Below, in pieces: positions 59,919 to 64,000 of a DNA stretch of 64,000 nucleotides (the first letter of the stretch is position 1; each line of letters starts with the position of its first letter). The DNA lies in the NCBI GenBank assembly GCA_039815185.1, contig JBCBZT010000030.1, positions 1 through 64,000 of the forward strand. The letters are read 5' to 3'. The position numbers were made by a program, and so were the translations under genes. The notes beneath the pieces were generated by a model. It was not told where the DNA came from, made no database searches, and saw nothing but the letters and a program-made list of their open reading frames with translations. This stretch comes from Cyanobacteria bacterium P01_A01_bin.123 (lineage in GTDB: Bacteria; Cyanobacteriota; Cyanobacteriia; Phormidesmidales; Phormidesmidaceae).

Positions 59919-60974
59919 ATGGACGCCGAAAAAGGGACTATTAATGCCAATTTCGTCAGGCCAGAGACTCTGGGCAGCATCGTCACAACGATTCTTGACT
60001 TTGCCGTCTCCCATGGGATGACGCTGGAAGAGATCGCCCAAGTAACCGACCTCTCGGCAGTCGACTATGCTCGCCTAGACAGCCGCATATCGGATGATGC
60101 AGTGGCAAAACTGATGAGCGTGATTGCTAAGCGGTGGCCGGATAAAGCGATTTCGATGGAAATTGCCCGTTCTGCTCCGTTTACGATGCTTGGTGGCTTA
60201 GCCAAAGGGGCTCAGTTTGCCAATGACGTTGAGGCTATGCTTGGGTGGTTTTTGACCAATCAAACGATTATTGCCGACCAGTCGGCAGTACATCTTGAGC
60301 AAGCGGAGTCAGAGGTGGCGATGGTTGTTGCTCATCCTTGTGAGAATCAGGATCAGGGGATGTTGCTTGAAGCGGTCACGGGTTTAGTTTGGCGATTATT
60401 GAACGAGAGCACCGATTTAGAGATATCGCTATTAAGGGTAGAGCTCGCGAACGCCAAGCCTGTGCCGATGGCAGCCTACGAATCATTTTTCCAAGCACCC
60501 GTTTCATTTCAGGCGGGCTGCAATGCGCTGGTCTTCTCACGAGACAGTCTCAGCGCGCCGGTTCGCGATGCTAATCCTCAAATGTTCAGTTTTGTCGATC
60601 GCCATTTTGCGGAGCTGCGCCAACAATTGGGGGGCGATCGCTATCCGATTGCCCTTGCTGAGCTTCGTCGAGGCATTATGGAAAACGCAGCACAGGGTGA
60701 ATATGGGGCGGGGGCAGCCGCGGCTAGCGCCAATATCAGTCTCCGCACCGCACAGCGTTTAGCCAAACGGCACGGGACGTCTTTGAATGCACTCATTGAC
60801 GAAATCCGCTTAGCCAACGCGAAAAGTTTTTTAGGTGATCCTGAAATCGACATTGCAACTGTTGGACAAATTGTCGGATATGCTGATGTCCGGGCATTTC
60901 GTCGAGCATTCAAACGCTCGACGGGCCTCTCTCCTAAAGAATACCGAAAAGAAACACTAGGCGAGAAACAATAA
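59919..60974 (+). CDS. AraC family regulator (long N-terminal ligand domain)
   Basis: YESFFQAPVSF..NALVF; SLRTAQRL; VGYADVRAFRRAFKRSTGLSPKEYR. Confidence 0.92.
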   Translation: MDAEKGTINANFVRPETLGSIVTTILDFAVSHGMTLEEIAQVTDLSAVDYARLDSRISDDAVAKLMSVIAKRWPDKAISMEIARSAPFTMLGGLAKGAQFANDVEAMLGWFLTNQTIIADQSAVHLEQAESEVAMVVAHPCENQDQGMLLEAVTGLVWRLLNESTDLEISLLRVELANAKPVPMAAYESFFQAPVSFQAGCNALVFSRDSLSAPVRDANPQMFSFVDRHFAELRQQLGGDRYPIALAELRRGIMENAAQGEYGAGAAAASANISLRTAQRLAKRHGTSLNALIDEIRLANAKSFLGDPEIDIATVGQIVGYADVRAFRRAFKRSTGLSPKEYRKETLGEKQ

Positions 60975-61402
60975 ACAAGTATTAGGGCGCTGCATAATCG
61001 AGGCAGAAATTAATTTGTGGATGGGTTAACGACCTGTTGCACCTTTGCAAAAGACGTCCCGATAAGGCCGGGGGGGAGGGACGGGTGGGGATATAAATCA
61101 ACTACGACAAACACAACGAGAATAGCAAAGGCGAGCCTACTGTACTTGATGGGTGCTGCAAACATCGGGGAGACTCCTGAATCACTTGGACTCGTGAATG
61201 GGCTTCTTCTAGATGTTTTTCTGATTCGCCTTGACTTATTCAGCTCGTAGCGAGGGAATTAACGCACGGCTAGCGGTGTTTGGCAAGAGATTTATCCAAT
61301 TCACTATCGAATTCACTGATGGATGCAATTCAATCCCCAACTTGTTTGTTACCTGGGCAGTGCTTACCGTGATGAAACACTGTCTATTCAAGGGGATCCA
61401 TC

Positions 61403-62314
61403 GTGAAAAATCGTCATCATCAGGGCATTGGGGTCTTGATTCTGACCACCTTAATGTGGGGTACGTCCTTTCCATTGCAGAAATATTTGGTTGACACCCT
61501 TTCCCCTGGGGTGATCTTGACGGTTCGATTTGCCGTGGCCGCGATCGCGTTTGCGCCTTGGCTGCGGCAGTTAAATCCCCGCCTGCTCCGTGATGGCGTT
61601 TTGTTGGGCAGCCTTTATTTTGCAGAGTGTACGGTTGCGTTAATTGGGCTTGAATCCATTTCAGCCAATCGGGCGGCGTTCATTATTAGCCTCAACGCCA
61701 TTTTGGTGCCGCTGTTGTCGGGTACGGTTTTGGGGCGCAATTTACCGAGGCGGGTGGCGATCGCCGCTGGACTAGCGGTTTTAGGCATTGGCATTATGTC
61801 CTGGGAAGGGGGCGGGCTCAGCCAGGGTGACCTGCTAACGTTTATTTGTGCCTTGGGCATTTCAGTCTATATTTTGCTGCTAGAAGCGATCGCCCCTCGC
61901 CATGCCACCCTACCGCTGACGGCAATTCAACTGTGGGTGATGACACTGCTGAGCTTAGCTTGGGCCATGCCCCAATTGGTGAACCAATTTGAAACCATGA
62001 CAACCCATTTCAACATTTTGCTTTACTTGGGTTTAGCGGTTACGGCGACGCCGATTTGGGCACAAGCCTTTGCCCAACGCTGGGTGGCAGCCTATGAAGC
62101 GGCGCTGATCTATACGCTTGAACCTGTGTTTGCAACTCTGCTCTCGTTCTGGCTCTTGGGAGAAACCTTGGGCTTCCGGGGGCTCGTTGGGGCAGGGACT
62201 GTGTTGTTGGCAATGATGCTGAGTCAAAATGCCCATAAAGGAATAGTCCGGCTGGTTACCAGGGTTAAGCTCAAAGTGCCGGGTGATCCACGCACTGAGG
62301 GGGTATCGCGGTAG
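61403..62314 (+). CDS. DMT/EamA family transporter
   Basis: WGTSFP, RFAVAA, GDLLT, AALIYTLEPVFA; about 10 TM. Confidence 0.92.
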   Translation: MKNRHHQGIGVLILTTLMWGTSFPLQKYLVDTLSPGVILTVRFAVAAIAFAPWLRQLNPRLLRDGVLLGSLYFAECTVALIGLESISANRAAFIISLNAILVPLLSGTVLGRNLPRRVAIAAGLAVLGIGIMSWEGGGLSQGDLLTFICALGISVYILLLEAIAPRHATLPLTAIQLWVMTLLSLAWAMPQLVNQFETMTTHFNILLYLGLAVTATPIWAQAFAQRWVAAYEAALIYTLEPVFATLLSFWLLGETLGFRGLVGAGTVLLAMMLSQNAHKGIVRLVTRVKLKVPGDPRTEGVSR

Positions 62315-62406
62315 CGACAAAGCTTTGTGCGCTACCGTGAGCCAGATTGCTTGTAGACTCAGCATCCTGGCGATACTCGGTGCATTTAGCAATCTGGCCA
62401 GCGCTA
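62309..62406. repeat. ~100-bp dispersed double-hairpin repeat, copy 2
   Basis: Aligns to 7574-7672; CGGTAGCG..CGCTACCG and GCCAGATTGCT..AGCAATCTGGC. Confidence 0.85.
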
Positions 62407-62437
62407 TAGCTAGCAGTTCTATGGGGTTACCTTGCCT

Positions 62438-63358
62438 ATGCGTTTAGTCGTACTGGATTATCTAGAACTCTCTGATCGCGATTGGCAACGCCTCCATGAC
62501 CTGATCGAAGTCGTTACCTACGACACGGCCCCGCAAAACGAGGCAGAAACGGTTTCCCGGTTGGCAACTGCAGATGTGGTTGTCGTTACCGCTGCCACTA
62601 CCCTCAATGACAACGTTATTAGCCACCTGCCGCAGCTCCGCTGTATTTTGATTCCTGGGGTAGGCACTGATCACGTAGATTTAGAGGCCGCACAGACCCA
62701 AGGCATTGAGGTGCTCAACTGCCCCACCTACGGGGCCAATGCGGTAGCTGAGTTTACGATGGGATTGATGTTCGCGATCGCCCGTCGTCTCAGCTTTGCC
62801 CATCACACGTTAAAAACGGGTCAGTGGACGCCACAAATCATGCAGGGCAGTGAACTTAGCGGTCAACGCTTGGTGCTGATTGGGGCAGGTCACATTGGTC
62901 AGGCGGTGGCTCAAAAAGCGATCGCCCTTGGCATGCAAATCAGCATTGCTACCTCACAAACTAAACTAGAGCAACTCGATAGCCTGATCGCTGCCGCCGA
63001 TTTTCTGAGCCTGCACTTGCCCTTAACCCAAGCCACCCACCATCTGATTGATGCTCGTCGGTTAGCCCTAATGAAACCAACCGCCTACCTGATTAACACC
63101 GCCCGAGGTGGGGTCGTTGATAGCGCTGCATTACTGGCAACACTCCAGGCTAAGCAGATTGCCGGAGCCGCCCTAGATGTCTTCGAAGCAGAACCTGTGC
63201 CCGGTTGCCCTAACGACACCATTCTGGCCCTGGCTCAGCAAGATAACGTGATTGCCACCCCCCATATTGCCTACAACACCGATACCGCGATCCACAGGTT
63301 GGGGCAAGAGCTGATAGAAAAACTGGAAAGCTACCTACTCAAAGGGCCAAGTCAATGA
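62438..63358 (+). CDS. D-isomer-specific 2-hydroxyacid dehydrogenase
   Basis: GVGTDHVD, AVAE, IGAGHIG, SLHLPL, INTARG, ALDVFE.EP, ATPHIA. Confidence 0.93.
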   Translation: MRLVVLDYLELSDRDWQRLHDLIEVVTYDTAPQNEAETVSRLATADVVVVTAATTLNDNVISHLPQLRCILIPGVGTDHVDLEAAQTQGIEVLNCPTYGANAVAEFTMGLMFAIARRLSFAHHTLKTGQWTPQIMQGSELSGQRLVLIGAGHIGQAVAQKAIALGMQISIATSQTKLEQLDSLIAAADFLSLHLPLTQATHHLIDARRLALMKPTAYLINTARGGVVDSAALLATLQAKQIAGAALDVFEAEPVPGCPNDTILALAQQDNVIATPHIAYNTDTAIHRLGQELIEKLESYLLKGPSQ

Positions 63359-63451
63359 CGCCATTCATTTCCTAAAGCCAAGCTACAAATCAGACCCCAC
63401 CCATCTTCCCGTTCACAAAGCGAGGTGTCGCAGGCGGAGGGGGATTCATCC

Positions 63452-63796
63452 TTATTGCCGACTGCTGAGGCTGAAGGCACGGAAATATTGGGCTTGCTCT
63501 TCGATCCGGGTGGCTAAGCGATCGCACACAAGACCACACAGCTCAAAAATCAGATCATCAGTGACACTATAGTAAGCTGAAGTGCCTTCAGTGCGTCGGG
63601 TCAAAATTCCCGCCTGCAGCATCACCTTCAAGTGCTTTGATACATTGGCTTGGCTTGTTGCGGTGCCCTCTACCAGATCTTGGACGCACTGCTCACCCTC
63701 TCTTAACAGATTCAAGAGCCTAAGACGCATGGGCTCGGCCAGGACGCTAAAATACTCAGCGACCTGACAAACCACTTCTGTGGATACAGGCTCCAT
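63452..63796 (-). CDS. ArsR/SmtB family transcriptional regulator
   Basis: LAEPMRLRLL..E.CV..L..SQANVSKHLK..R.EG. Confidence 0.93.
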   Translation of the reverse strand: MEPVSTEVVCQVAEYFSVLAEPMRLRLLNLLREGEQCVQDLVEGTATSQANVSKHLKVMLQAGILTRRTEGTSAYYSVTDDLIFELCGLVCDRLATRIEEQAQYFRAFSLSSRQ

Positions 63797-64000
63797 GAAT
63801 ATTCACTCCAGTACTGCGATATGAGGTGATCCCCGCTATTCTAGCAGTCTGATGTCAGATAGCAATGTGGCTGACATGCAAGACTGTAAAAAAACGATGA
63901 GTATTTTGCATAACCCCCATAAGTTCGGTATACCAAATTACCAAAGTTTAGGTTGCTCCCCCCTAGGGTAAGGGCTATAGAGCAAAGCCTATAGAAGGAA

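Larger units (their letters stand above)
1..64000. repeat. HIP1 octamer GCGATCGC, dispersed throughout the core regions
   Basis: Many occurrences seen, e.g. 349, 3024, 6753, 11169, 23756, 39610, 62774. Confidence 0.95.

Noticed and set aside
50700..61000. Island as an integron cassette array, prophage or IS-bounded transposon
   Set aside because: No integrase, transposase, phage gene or repeated attC-like site seen
61017..61400. Short ORFs between AraC and the DMT gene as gene remnants or an island end
   Set aside because: No recognisable motif, att-like repeat or match to the left boundary repeats

Overview
Chromosomal window from a cyanobacterium, probably a filamentous non-heterocystous Leptolyngbya/Nodosilinea-like strain (inferred from abundant HIP1 GCGATCGC octamers, 7-bp tandem repeats, cphBA, ftsH2, ndhF1-ndhD1, a CRR6-family gene, hli and cyAbrB). 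About 1-48.7 kb and 61.4-64 kb are mostly ordinary core genes. About 50.5-61 kb is a HIP1-poor, compositionally mixed accessory island. It holds an intact AraC regulator divergent from two predicted secreted proteins: a SnoaL/NTF2-like protein and a 634-aa protein with two AhpD/CMD-like domains and Ca-binding DxDxDG (TSP3-like) repeats. It also holds a CocE hydrolase, a Crp/Fnr regulator, a predicted secreted Pro/Arg-rich peptide and a patchwork of paralogous gene fragments. Other notable items: a ~100-bp structured repeat found twice, 55 kb apart, with a compensatory base-pair change; a candidate sRNA upstream of the CRR6-family gene; a stand-alone DXCF cyanobacteriochrome GAF gene next to a DnaQ-HTH exonuclease gene; and an orphan Pycsar-effector-like membrane protein. 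I saw no rRNA, tRNA, CRISPR array or transposase. All calls come from motif recognition by eye, not from database searches.
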